This document shows, piece after piece, positions 42,392 through 55,337 of a DNA stretch of 64,000 nucleotides. How positions within the stretch are numbered: the stretch's first letter is position 1; each line of letters opens with the position of its first letter. Below the pieces are notes generated by a model that saw nothing but the letters and a program-made list of their open reading frames with translations, ran no database searches and was not told the origin of the DNA. The DNA comes from Paramecium tetraurelia (lineage: Eukaryota), in NCBI GenBank assembly GCA_000165425.1, contig CT868009.1, positions 62,001 to 126,000 of the forward strand, written 5' to 3'. Both the position numbers and the translations under genes were made by a program.

Positions 42392-45300
42392 TCAGTGGTT
42401 GATTAGTTTCTATATTCTGCGAATCTTAGAGACTACAAAACATTTAATGGAATAAGGAGAGACAAACAGTCTTTTGCGTTTGTTACTACTGCCACTTGCT
42501 TAAAAGCTTTGTTATCTAAGGATGACTCGATCATAATTGTTATGTGGATAGTAGATCATATAGCTTTTCATTTTTTCAAATTTGTTGAAAATGACATCAT
42601 TTATGAAATATCCTTGATTCTAAAATTTCATGTACAATTACATCTGGAGAAGTAATAGCTTAGAATTACGATTGCAAGGCCAAATTGCTTTACTTAGTTC
42701 CAGTTCTTTGACTCTTTTATTTGAACTTATTCTCATCAGATTGAGTATTGGCACTGTTTGTCTTTTTGCCATTATCCTTAGTTTGACTAGACAATCTCAA
42801 GGATTTGTTTTATCTAGAATTGGAAGATGGATAATTTGAGATATCCTTCGAATATGAATTCGTATATGTATGAGATCTATTGGTTGGTTATCTTAGAGAT
42901 TGTTTCAAATTACCATATGAGAATTGTTGAATGAAATCCTATCGAATAATCTCCTACTTATTAGCAGTCTAAGATGCAATTTCCTTTTGAAACTGGAATG
43001 TCAATTTATTAGGACCAATCCTATTGGCTGTCTAAATAAATGGTTATTTTTAGTTTATTAAATCGTTTTTCTATCCTTCTTGCAATTACTATAGGATTTC
43101 TTTTTCATCCTTGTCTAAAGTCGAGTAATTTTGACTCTAAGGATTCCCAACGAAACCGGCAGTACGATGAGATGTTTTATGTGAGTTTTGACGACCTCGT
43201 TTAATTGAAGAATCCAATATGGGTGGCTATATAGCTTCCTACTATTCTTGTTCATAGTTCAATTATTCCAAACTATCCACATTTACATTACTATTGGAAA
43301 CCTGTTAATCCTGACTTGCCTTTTGATACGCCATCGAATTACTTACATAACTTACGGAATATGTTTAATCTAATTACATCTAGAGACATACTTTCAGAAT
43401 AAGGTAACTGAGATGCTTCAGGAAGGTCCTCTGACATAATGTCCTGACTTTACTTATTAATCACCTATTTAGCTTTGTCTTGATTTTACACAAGATTTTT
43501 CAAAGTTAAGTATTTATTGCTTTTTCTTGTAAAAGTTCGACGGACCTATTTAATACTATATAAATGTTTCTCAATAACATTTTGTCTTTATGGGAAATAC
43601 TGGATGTGATTGCACTCTAGAATATAATGGCCTTTAATTTTGCAATAGTAACAATCAAACAAATGCTGATTGTAGCATGAATTGTCTTTCATCATACAAA
43701 ATAGTTCATTGTCTTAAGGGAAATTCGAAATGGTCTCCAAGAATTCTGATCGCTTAAGCTTCATGAGAGTTGTGACTCCACAACTGAATATGCTGATGTT
43801 TGAGGGGACTCCAGAAATAAAAGAGTACTATCCAAACGCCTATCCTTCCTTTAACCGAGTGACTGATCTTTTATTGTTGGCAAGCGAGGATCCTTAGAAT
43901 TGCACCTTTACTTCTCCTTTGAGAATGTAATACAATCCCAAATCTTCGCTTTAGTGTTCCTAATCATATTGCAATTATTGTACTATAATGATATTGTCCT
44001 CAGGATTGAATGTCACTTATTCAATAGCATACAGCAATTGCTATTTGAATTGAGATGAGAACCTGGTCATCAATTCAATTTTATCAATCATACTGGTTCT
44101 CAAGGATATTTCGATTTCATCTTACAATGCAGGACTCAACTTTTTTGTTAATTGATCCTTCGATCTCCCTAGATCTTCCTAATTAGTATTTTATATATCG
44201 TATTGTTTACATCGATTCTAAAATCTAAATAGGAGTAGCATCTCCTCAATAAATCTTAATTTCTGCATTTCTCCTTAAACTATTCCACAAATCCTTTCAA
44301 CAATTTTTGCTTTTCCTCCTGAATCTCAATTCCTGGTTTGATCCACACAAACAACAGTATGAGTGTGTATACATAACACAAGTAAGAGATCAACATGAAC
44401 ACTGAAATTATTAATGAATTTTATTCAGTAATCTCCATGGCTCAAATTACTTTATGATTTAATACATATATTTGAGGTTTAAGTGATCAACGAAATTGAA
44501 TACGCTATATAAAATCTTAGTGAGTATTCCTCCTCGCTAAACACTCTTAATACACTAATAAAAATACTTTTCAAAAAACAAGTGCACATCACAACTATTG
44601 CAATCCATAATTGGACAGTAAATAATATATAATGAGTCGATCTGTAAATATTTTCAAAAACCTCCAAGGTTCTAATCAAATCTGAAATAACCAACAACAA
44701 AATCAATGTCATCAAAGTCATTTCATTATTAAACTTAAAAAGCAAGATAGCCGCACTAGAAATAGTCCGAAATGAGTCCAAATATATTCTACTCTAATCC
44801 TTGAAATTAGTAATCAACTTCCCTCGCAGCAATTTGTAAGGGCCTCTTTGAAAATACAAATCCTACAAGAGTGTCCAAAACTTAACACCAAAGGCCACTT
44901 ACCAAATGATCTCAGGTCCATCAAAAACAATTGTAATAGGTATAAATATTATGGTTAGTAAATTGGAGATAATTACAGAGATAAACACATACATTGTAAA
45001 ATAATAATATCTCAATGGAGAAACTTAAATTATTAAAATAGAGTACCATCGTCTTATTCTTATGTTACGAGGGGATCATTATATTTCGAATAATGAATAG
45101 AATTCAATAACTTTTATTTTATCTAATTTACTATGATCTTCACTCTCCCTTAATCAATCATCAGCTTCTTCTTGTAATCTGAAAGCAATTGCGATTAGAA
45201 TCCAAACGAAGAAGATATAAGCGAACTATCGTTGTGGATTATAACTAATTTCTTTGACTCCGATTTTTAATGATACTTATCAGAACTCTTATGCGATGCA

Positions 45301-45650
45301 ATATTTGTTATCGTTGGGACCTTGTAATCTTCGCTACTCTAAATGTCAATTGGTTGTTAGGGACAAGTCTACAGAAAGACTGGCTTCAAATAACAAATCT
45401 GAGACAAAGAGGAGTGTTCTTCCTCTTCCTGTATTGATTCGCTGTTCTTATATTGTAAAGTCTAGCTAATCCTATGCGACGGATTATAATCAACAACTTC
45501 TTGGTCTTTGACTTATTTTAGTAACTATTTTCTAATTAACATTTAATAAAATTAGTTTCCTGTGCAATTGATTAGGTCTAAACAACGCTCTTCAAAATTA
45601 TATACTTCCAAATCATAATCAGACACAGAATATGAATAAGGAAATCTCAT
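42392..45650 (-). CDS. CNBD-containing 6TM channel-like protein with degenerate pore
   Basis: TM segments, C-linker and CNBD (VTFNPED...GLYYILKGEV...GQAFGQYSFISG), followed by CYYCKIKGHYILEC; no GYG in the P-loop. Confidence 0.82.
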
Positions 45651-46311
45651 GTTTTAAAGATCATTACAATTAGAAAACCCTCGATTCTTAGAGAACTAGA
45701 CTTTATGATAAACAAAATAAAGACCATCAACAGATACTAAAGAATTAAGAAAAACTTTAATTTTTAAACTCATTTTTGGGTAAATGATCAACTTTCCAAA
45801 AGCAATATTTAACAATATACTTTATTTACTCAATTAATTATAATCTACTAAATTAACATTCTGTATAAATAACTCCTAAATATCAAATAAAATTACCATT
45901 AAATTCAATAATTGATGAATAAAATTCTTAATCAAATAACAATTAATTCTAACCTATGATTAGGGAAAAACTTTAAAAAATCTATTCTAAATTAATTAAA
46001 AAATCCCTCTTAGAGAACAGATTTTTTAATTTTAACATTACACTTTTTATTAACATAAGATTAATTGAATTTAGTATAATTTAGATCTCAACCAATCCAA
46101 CTTAATGGTTAATATGAATAAATCAAAATAACGTAAGGTTTTATCTCAAAATCTTAAGATAAATATTAAATTATATTAAAAATATAGATATTGATTGGAT
46201 CATTCAACTTCCAATAGACTTCAAAATTACACAAAATAGAAACTAATAAATAAATAATAAGAAATCATTGATTAATATTGAAATCAAAGATAATTTAATC
46301 TTTAAATAAAA

Positions 46312-48189
46312 TCACACCAAAAAATTTTCAATGTCTTGCATTAACATCTACTCTGATTGATACAGCTTCCTCTTTTTTAATATTACTACCTCCTCATCAC
46401 TGTTAAATTCAGATGTTGGAAAATTTTTAAAACATTTTTAACTTTTGAATTCTTTCACATCGATATCCTTCAACCTCTCAACTCTTATTTTCTTTTTAAT
46501 CTTAATATTCTTTGTTCCTGGAGGTCTACCAAGTTTTCTCCGTAGAGAGGATTCACTTACTACTTTTGATTTAATGTGATTAATTTTCTCCAATAATGAA
46601 TTCTTAAGATTCTCAACATCAAACTTCACACTCACTTCCTTATTTTAAAATGATATAAGATTTCTTAGTAATTTGGAAATCTTTTGATATTGCCCTAAAT
46701 AATTAGTAATCTACTCCTTAGGATATTGTAAGTATGCTTGAATATTGGATTTTGTGTCTTCTTCACTAATTCTCTTTTCAACATCATGTTTGATAATAGA
46801 TTGGTTATCTTCTATTATTTCCAACATCTAAATCACAGTTTCCCATTAATCAAAATCCTACTTTTATAATTACTAATTATAGAAGGTTCTTGAATAGTCT
46901 TTCGATTAGGCTAAGGTTTAAAAATTATAATGGACTGAGGATAAAAAGAGAAGAAAAGTCTAATTTTCTTAGCATTCTATAACGAATTCTTTGGTAATAT
47001 TTAATATATTAAGACTGTTTGGATCTTTGAGATTGAGGTAAGATATTATGGGAGGAAATGGAAATCTATTTTTTATCATTTCACTTAATACTTTATTTAT
47101 AGTCAATAAAGATTCTACTAATTGTTACGAGTTGAGTTCTTTCCTCTCATGGGTTTTGTAAAAGTATTTTTTTATAAATTACGGAATTCCTATCTTATCA
47201 GATGTAATAAATGGTTGTTCAGCACTGTCACAAAATGAAATGATCTTGTTGAGAGTCTAATAAAATTGGTCAGCATAATCAATTTGCAGATGAAACTTTT
47301 TCAAATCAGAATGCAATTCCTTGAATTATTGTTTTTCAATCACATCCTTCAATTCATTAATTAAATAATGTTTCTATTAATAAATCAGATCCAGATTCTG
47401 TTAGAACAAAGTAAAATTATTCTCTTTCAACACATCCTCGTATTCTATAAACACCTTATCCCGATAGTTTTGCATTTCAGTTAACTTAAGTGTATCATTG
47501 TTGATTAATTGATCGACATTTAAGAGATAATTCAATTGGGATAGTTGCCTCTTCGAATAAAGTTCCTTGAATATTTCTTTGAAGATTGAAAACTCTAAGC
47601 AGAACAATTGTTATTTGCTATTCATGTACAATCTTGTGCAAAGCAACAAAGACGTCAGGGGAATATTATGTCTTATTGCCATGCCAATAACGATGATCTA
47701 GGCTTTAAAGTAGATGTAATATCTGTAGTCCTCTGTGATATAATTTATTTTTGGGGTTTTTTAAATCAAATTTTAAACATACTCCAAAATGACCTTATGA
47801 TTGAAGTTGTTCATTTTGCTAGCATCGTACATTTTATAGTAGAAGTTGAAGAAGGAGTTAGACTTAAGTATTTCATCATCTAATTATACATTATGCAATT
47901 AAAAGAGCTCAAGTTATTTAATTATAATTTCTTATTCTGTCATTTCTAAAGGGTCTGATTGCTATTATTAAGCATCATGAATTTTCAATAGATGTTTAAG
48001 CAATTATTCGTTCTTTTTGATGCGAACAATTCGTCTGGTGTCTGAAAAATTCAAAAAATTGAGAATCTTTGGAAAGATGATGTTTTTAAGTGTGATGTAG
48101 TTGAGGATGGTCATAATTTTTGAATCTCTCTATTTAAATGTTGACTAATCAGAGTTACTTCCAATTTGATTACTTTCAATTGAAATCAT
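46312..48189 (-). CDS. Unknown protein with C-terminal AT-hook-like motif
   Basis: Long code-6 ORF; RRKLGRPPGTKN near the C-terminus; ends ...QDIENFLV-TGA. Confidence 0.75.
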
Positions 48190-48478
48190 ATACTTTTAAT
48201 AAAAGTTTGTTCAAGCAATAAATGGAACTCAATAAATCATTCTAAAATTAATCACACTAAAAATAAAAATGAAAATAATTAGCAATAATTGAGAACTCCA
48301 TAGTTTGAGACCTACTAATTCATGAGAAAGTATGTGTTGCTATTCATAATAAAATAGCCGATTTGTTATTAATTACTTATTATATGTATGATGCAAAATA
48401 AAGAAATTATTCAATAATGTAATCGGGAAATGAAATTTTTATGTTTTTCATTAATAAAAATAACCCTTGAAATTTTAC

Positions 48479-50642
48479 ATGAGCTAAGAGAAGTTCAAAA
48501 GATATAAACTAAATGTGTTTCTGTTATAGAAGAACAAAATGAAATCTGAAGAAAGGGTTATTACAAACACATCCACTAATTTTCATGCACTCTCTCCACA
48601 GCAATCTCCCAAGATTACTTCCATTCTGAACCGTACAAAACTATCACTGGAAAGATCGCGATCCTCACATCGAATGGAAAAGATCATGATCTTAAACAAA
48701 AAGAAGGTTTCCAAGAATGAAATATACAATATCAATAAACCTAAAGATTTCTTCAATGACAGTCCTAATTTGATAGAAGAAATGAAATACGACATCAATA
48801 TCTAGTTTTTGAAAGAATGCAAATCCAATAACGCAGGTGCTTGTCTTTAACTATTGGAACCTACAATTGTTCATTAGGTTTGTAAGATAATAAGTATGAT
48901 TTCTTAGTAAATATCTCGCCTTCAATTCCCATTAGAGCAGATTTAAAAGCAAATTTAAATATTTAAGATGCCAATTAAAATACTGCATTACATATTGCAG
49001 TGAAAAACGGGAACGTTTAATTAGTCTAAGCTTTAATTTACAAATAAATTAACCTAGAGATTGAAAATTCAGAAAAGATGACTTCATTAATACTGGCTAG
49101 TTATCAGTATATTATTTTATTATTTTGCAAGTGGAAACGAAGAAATATTCTAAATTCTAATTAATGCAGGAGCCTAAGTTAATCATTAAGACATGTACGG
49201 TAACACATGTCTCCATTATGCTTGTAAATTCAATCGCAAAGAAATAGTGACACTCATCCTTCAACATCCAAATCTCATTTTTAAATCAAACAACGATCAG
49301 AAATATCCTGACTATTATATCCATGATTCTGAAATCATTCAATTATTCACTCAATTTTAATTGGAACACTCTAAACAAAGTAATCTTATTCGAAATTAAT
49401 GTAGAAAGAAAAGCCAAAGAAGTTTAAATACAGAATATACAAATGGAATATTATTGTAAATCAAGTAATTTTTCCAAAAATTAATGTAAATTACAAAATT
49501 CGCCTATTCAAAATTTATCGCTTGAAACTAAACAGGGAATGCTTAAACATATAAGAAGTTACAACTAAATTAAGAAAGGAAAGACCAATACTCCTTCTAC
49601 AATTGATTCGATGAAATAATCCAAAAGAGAAGAAAAAGTTGGTCCCTCTCAATTCAAAGTATTAGGTTTATTAGGCAAAGGAAGTTTCGGATAAGTTTAC
49701 CTCGTGCAAAAGAACAAAAAGCTATACGCCATGAAAGTACTACTTAAGAGTATGATCTTAAGTAATAAATCAAATATATATTTTTAAAGAACAAAACATT
49801 TGTAGATATGCAATAACCGAAAGAAATGTGTTATCTGTAACATCTCACCCATTCATAGTTAAATTGAGGTATGCTTTTCAGACGGAGGATAAGTTGTTTA
49901 TGATTCTGGATTATTGTCCTGGAGGAGATCTGGGAATGCTACTGTGTAAAATAAAGAGATTCCCCGAGGAACTTGTAAAGCTATATACTTGTGAGATTAT
50001 TCTGGCTTTGGAGGATCTTCATAAAAGAGACATAATCTTTCGTGATTTAAAACCTGACAATATCTTGCTTGATGCAGATGGACATGTCTTATTAACAGAC
50101 TTCGGATTGTCTAAGGAGGGAATACCTCAATCAAGTAAAGGAGCACAATCGTTTTGTGGTTCTGTGGCTTATTTAGCTCCGGAAATGCTAAAGAGGTAGG
50201 GTCATGGAAAGGCGGTAGATTGGTATTTACTAGGAGTGGTGATGTATGAACTGTTGGTAGGGTTGCCTCCTTATTATGATAATGATCGAGATACGTTATT
50301 CTACAATATCGAGAATGCAAGTCTGAAAATCCCTTAACACATTTCAATTGAGTGTCGAACTCTATTAAAATCAGTAAGACTTATTGTGAATTTTAGTTAC
50401 TGGAGAGAAATCCAACCAAACGATTGGGGTCAGGGGAAGGTGATTCTTTAGAAATCAAGGTACATCCCTATTTCGCAGATGTTGATTGGGAACTGGTTCT
50501 GAATAGAGAACTCTCGATGCCTAAGCCTGATTATAGTTTGAAGATCAAGTCAATGGGGGAACAGAATGTTTTCGATTTGCAGAGCTTTGTAGAATTTGAG
50601 TAATCTCATGTGAATGGATGGTCATATGTTCAAAGAGAATGA
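48479..50642 (+). CDS. AGC-family kinase (RSK/S6K/AKT-like) with N-terminal ankyrin repeats
   Basis: Ankyrins [28 protein letters not shown]; kinase [31 protein letters not shown]; tail VNGWSYV. Start could be 48539. Confidence 0.92.
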
Positions 50643-50674
50643 AATGTATGTGATTATATTGATTAACTAATACT

Positions 50675-51042
50675 TCAATATTATGATGGCTGTTTGTCAG
50701 ACTTGGCACCAAAGAATTTCAAACACAATTGCTCAATGTCTTCCAAAGTCACTCTCCCTGTTCCCTTTCCTATTTTTAATAAATTTAGATACTATCCAAA
50801 ATTCTGGAATACGAAGCAATGTCTGTGGGTGTTGGATTGAATCCTTTATTCATGGCTCTGTAACAATCACTTAACATATATCCAACTTCGAAAGAATCAA
50901 TGTTTCCATCGGAGTTGCCATCGTAAAGAGCAAGGATTCTTTGAGCCAATTGTTTGCATTATTCTGGATCCAGAACTCCTCCGAAATTTACAGCATCTGT
51001 GATTTGGTAATGTGAGTATTTGATTTGCTTGTTTGGGTCCAT
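50675..51042 (-). CDS. Small two-EF-hand Ca2+-binding protein, TCBP-25/PCBP-25 domain-like
   Basis: LAQRILALYDGNSDGNIDSFEVGYMLSDCYRAMNKGFNPTPTDIASYSRILDRKGTGRVTLEDIEQLCLKFF; one 23-nt intron. Confidence 0.87.
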
Positions 51043-51104
51043 GAAAAACTGTTAATTAATTATTGTATGTAAATACTCAAATTCAAATAGTTTTAGTATG
51101 GAAT

Positions 51105-51559
51105 TCAATCCTAATGTTTAGGCAAATACTTTTCTATCATTTCCTTCTGCCAATACAACACATTATTCACAACGTTTATTGGAATGTCATACACTTCAGG
51201 CAACCCTTCATGCAGCTCTGTTTTCTTGAGGTTGTGCAGTCTGGTGTATTTGTCTAGAAGGGATTATTATTGGATGGATACCTTCAATATTTTCGTAGGA
51301 GTTGAAATGATTGCAGAAACAATAATTCAGAGCTGCGTAACCAGTTATCACAGTAAAAATGGTAGCCACGAAGAAACTGGGAATTGCCAGAGCCCAATAT
51401 TTCTAGGGGAAGTAATGAATCCCTAATGACTTTGATAAGTCGATACGAAGGTCTTACATGCAATGCTGATTCTGGCAAGAAAACCCATGCCAAATAAATC
51501 ACAAACACTATATAGGAGGCTATCCATCCAATGAACCCATAGATTTCAATACTTTTCAT
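51105..51559 (-). CDS. PIGP: GPI-GlcNAc transferase subunit P
   Basis: EIYGFIGWI...[30 protein letters not shown]...DIPINVVN; two introns. Confidence 0.92.
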
Positions 51560-51593
51560 ATATATAAATATATAAAAAATATATGTAAAATAA

Positions 51594-52187
51594 TCAGAGT
51601 AATTTAAACAGTATTTATTTATTTTGTATTCTTTTTTTAATCTCGCAAGGCAATAGCCTTTCTATTTTCTCCAATATTTATTCTTTATTTAAATGTTTTA
51701 TTTTTTTTATTCCATTTATTTTTATGTTATTATTTTTTATCCTTACGTAATGGTTCCCTAAAATTTTATGCATTTTTATTATTTTTTTCTCTTCCTCGCA
51801 ATTCAAAAATTAACCATTGAAACGTAATCGTCTGTCTGCTATTTATTTTCTGCATTCGTAAAGAGTCCTATTCATCCACATCTTCTTTTTTGCTCTATAC
51901 CTTTACAAACATTCCTTGCGAATTAAATTTTTATCATTTATTTTTTCTTCACCTTGAGATATCACAACCACACTGTCCAATTTAGATTCTTAAATGGTTG
52001 ATTAAGTTTCGTTTGAAACGAGATAATTATTAAGAATATTCATTTTCTGTAAAAGTTATTACTACTATAGTAACACCAAATTTAGCACAGACTATTTCCC
52101 TAAGAATTTTATTAACTCATTTTTCAGCTCACAACTGATCTATCCTAAATCATCAACGAATTGAGGATAGTTGTATAGATATTGCAT
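51594..52187 (-). CDS. CCT-domain protein
   Basis: RKECLQRYRAKKKMWMNRTLYECRKQIADRRLRFNGQF matches the CCT consensus. In-frame upstream ATGs at 52235 and 52253 are alternative starts. Confidence 0.8.
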
Positions 52188-52373
52188 TTGTTTTTCTAAT
52201 TAATGTATTAGAAAAAAATAGGATTATTCGATCATTTTGAATCCCAAAAACATTGTTCTCAGAACAAAATGCAATGGACCCCCTTTACTTTTAATTAAAT
52301 TATTTTTACACTATCCTTATTCTCAATTATATTAGCCAGAATCATGAGACCTTCTTTAAATATAAAAATATAT

Positions 52374-53533
52374 TCATTATTCAATTTCTCTCTTATGACC
52401 ACACCCTCCACAGTATTTATGTCCCATCTGCATCTTGTTCCCACATTGGGTACAAAATTTCGATTGACTTTTCAATTAGATGTCAGTCTCCTTGAGAATC
52501 TTTTTCAGTTGAGGCTATTGAGTGATGATAGCCGGTAAAACAGAGTCCATTTTTTTTAATTTCGGCAAATTAGCCATATTTTTTAATTTTAATTCTTGGT
52601 TTGACATAATAATTTTACTAATTTATTCTTTATTCGTCAATTTCTCACAAATGGGAACATGACGAAGCGCAGCCTTTGGATTAAATTTACGAAGACAATA
52701 AGGACACTCAGTATCCGACAAAGCAGTTGCCCTTGTTTAACAGTCCATGAATCCTAATATATTCACCCTATCTATTACCAAACCCTGTATAGATAGCTTT
52801 CTTCAATTCTGGGAGTTGTCTCTTCTAAACCTCAGCAGTTTTCATCAAACTCTAAACACGAAAAGATTGCTTCGTTTGATCAACATTATCATTCTAATTC
52901 GAAGTAGATGCAGTGCTTAACTAAGTAGTTCTTTTCATTTCTTATTACTAATTCTTTTTGAGAGGCTTGGGTTTAGCCTTGATTTCCTTGCACTTCGGAA
53001 TATGTCTCTCAGCAACATCTACAAAATATTTCTATTAGCCAATACATCTATCGAAACTACGTTTGCAGTATTCACACTACACATAGAGTGAATTTTCAGC
53101 TAAATCTAGAGTCTTTACTGCTATTTCCTCTTCACCCTCATTTTGAACCTTAATAATTCATCTATTTTGCTACCTCTTTTTCTTTTTTATTGCAATGAAT
53201 CATCTCTTAGAATTACCTATGTTGCTCTCTCCAATTATTAACTGTTTTATTTTTCACTTGTTTCTCCTTGGCATCCAATTTCTATTAATGTTCAGCTTTC
53301 TGTTATTATTTACGTTTTATAAGCTTTTCTCTTTGCATTTATTTTTATTAAGCCTTCTCACACACTTGTCTATGCTTCCCAATCCTTTCTGTATGAAATT
53401 TTCGTGAGCAGATCTCACATTATTCTAATAGACCTTCTGCCTTCCCCTATTGTTCCAGATCTCCACTCATAAATTCATTATTTTCGTCTAAACACTCTGA
53501 ATGCTCAAATTATTCCTCATCATATTCATCCAT
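52374..53533 (-). CDS. C2HC zinc-finger protein (ZC2HC1/FAM164-like)
   Basis: CEICSRKF...KHRQVC; NWREQH; CEYCKRSF...AERHIPKC; CPYCLRKF...RHVPIC; C-terminal FCTQCG...YCGGCG ribbon. Confidence 0.9.
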
Positions 53534-53815
53534 TAATTATTATATAATACTTATAATATCTAAAGAACTAATAAAAATAAATAATTCATATATTAACTAC
53601 GCCTTGCTTTATTCTTATTTAAATCATTTTTCTTTTACCACAAAAAGCATTAAATAACAATTAATCTGATTATTATTAATTAATCTCATTTTTAACTTTT
53701 ATATCCTTCCAGATTTTTGATTTCTATCATTTGTAAGAATAAATTAACAAATTATCCTCGTATAATTTGTTAGTTTATAGATTATAATATATTTACTCCT
53801 TACCTTCAAAATATA

Positions 53816-54977
53816 ATGTTAATTAAGAAATCAAATTTTTCCAGCTATCACAAACTCCAATCAAAATATAGGTAAATTCCATTTCACTCTCAAGATAGTC
53901 ATGGTCTGAATTATTGAGAGTATAAAGCAAATCTATCCAACACTATTAAATGCTAATGCAACTTTATAATTAGGCAGAGTAGTCGAATTTTCCATTAAGG
54001 AGTTCTTAGAGAAATAATAAAAAGTTGAAATCACGAAGCAGCCCTTCTTAAAAAGAAAATTTTATTTCGAAAATTGCTCCAATCAAAATAGAGACTCAGA
54101 AGTCAAAAAATAAATCACCTCGTTTTCGAAATAAAGATTATCACAAGTCCTCAAATTACAAATAGAACAACCTTATCTAAATCATGGTAAGTTTCTCCTA
54201 TCAGACAAAACTTGGCGATACTATAAAAAGGTGTCATTAATGAATCCTAACCGAATATATAGACCAACCATCTAGAAGGATAAAAGGAAGAAACCCTATC
54301 GTTTTCAAATAAATCTCCAAAAAGAATAGACAATTTGGCTGTCATTAAATCTAAAGATATCGCCAAAGAGCAGGAAATATTACTAAAAGAAGATCTTAAG
54401 GCTCCAAAGAGGTCTAAAAAGGAATTAAAAGGTTGCTTACTTAGAGCCTTGATAAAACTTAAAGAATTGAACATTAATGCTAAAATCCTCAAAAGTAAAT
54501 ATTCTCCAAAAAACCATATCAAAAACCAAATTCTTAGGAGTTTATTCATTCTGTAAAATTGAATCATTTAGAGAAAGTGAGACAATACTTGGAAAAGAAT
54601 AAATACATAGTTTTTGATTTTTATAACCTTGATATAACAGCTCTGCATTGGTCCAGCAAAAAGGGATTTGATGAAATGACTGAATTTCTAATAAAAAATC
54701 ATGCAGATGTTGATGCAATTGATATTTTGAATAGAACTCCACTTTACTTAGCAATTCAAGAAAATAATATTCCAATTATGGAAGTAGAACTTTATCAATT
54801 AATTTTAACTATTATTAAGGCATAAGGCTTATCCTTGGTCGACTTCGATGACAGATTTGAATGAAGCAGTTGGAAAGAATAAAAGAATACGAAAAATAAT
54901 GACTTAGATAAGAAGAGTATTTTATATCAATAATCTTTGTGGTTGATATAATAAATATGTGGGGTGAGAAAAGTTGA
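53816..54977 (+). pseudogene. Ankyrin-repeat protein gene, probably pseudogenised
   Basis: Ankyrins ITALHWSSKKG and NRTPLYLAI are intact, but there are apparent frameshifts (about 54060-54240 and about 54495) and two 25-nt intron-like segments ending AA (54784-54808) and TG (54917-54941) instead of AG. Confidence 0.7.
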
Positions 54978-55337
54978 AAAGAAGAGTTTTTTTGAACAAT
55001 TATTAATGTGTATTAACAGATTGGTTTAATTTGATTTGATATCTCTTTAATTTTTTATTAATTCGTAGCAAAGTAGAAGTATTTTAGATCTGATTGAATT
55101 TTGTACTATTAATTCATAACAATTAAAATATTAAATGAGTTATCTTAAAAGAAAAGTATAAATGGGATTTGCTTGAATTGATTGAGTTTATTAATATATT
55201 AAAATACAAATAGGAATTAGGAATGTAATAGTATGTAAATCCTTTTTAGTATTAAATTTAAAATTCAATTCATATTATTAAGTAAGATGCAATATAATTT
55301 TTACATTAAATTAATTATCACAATTAAAATTTATACG

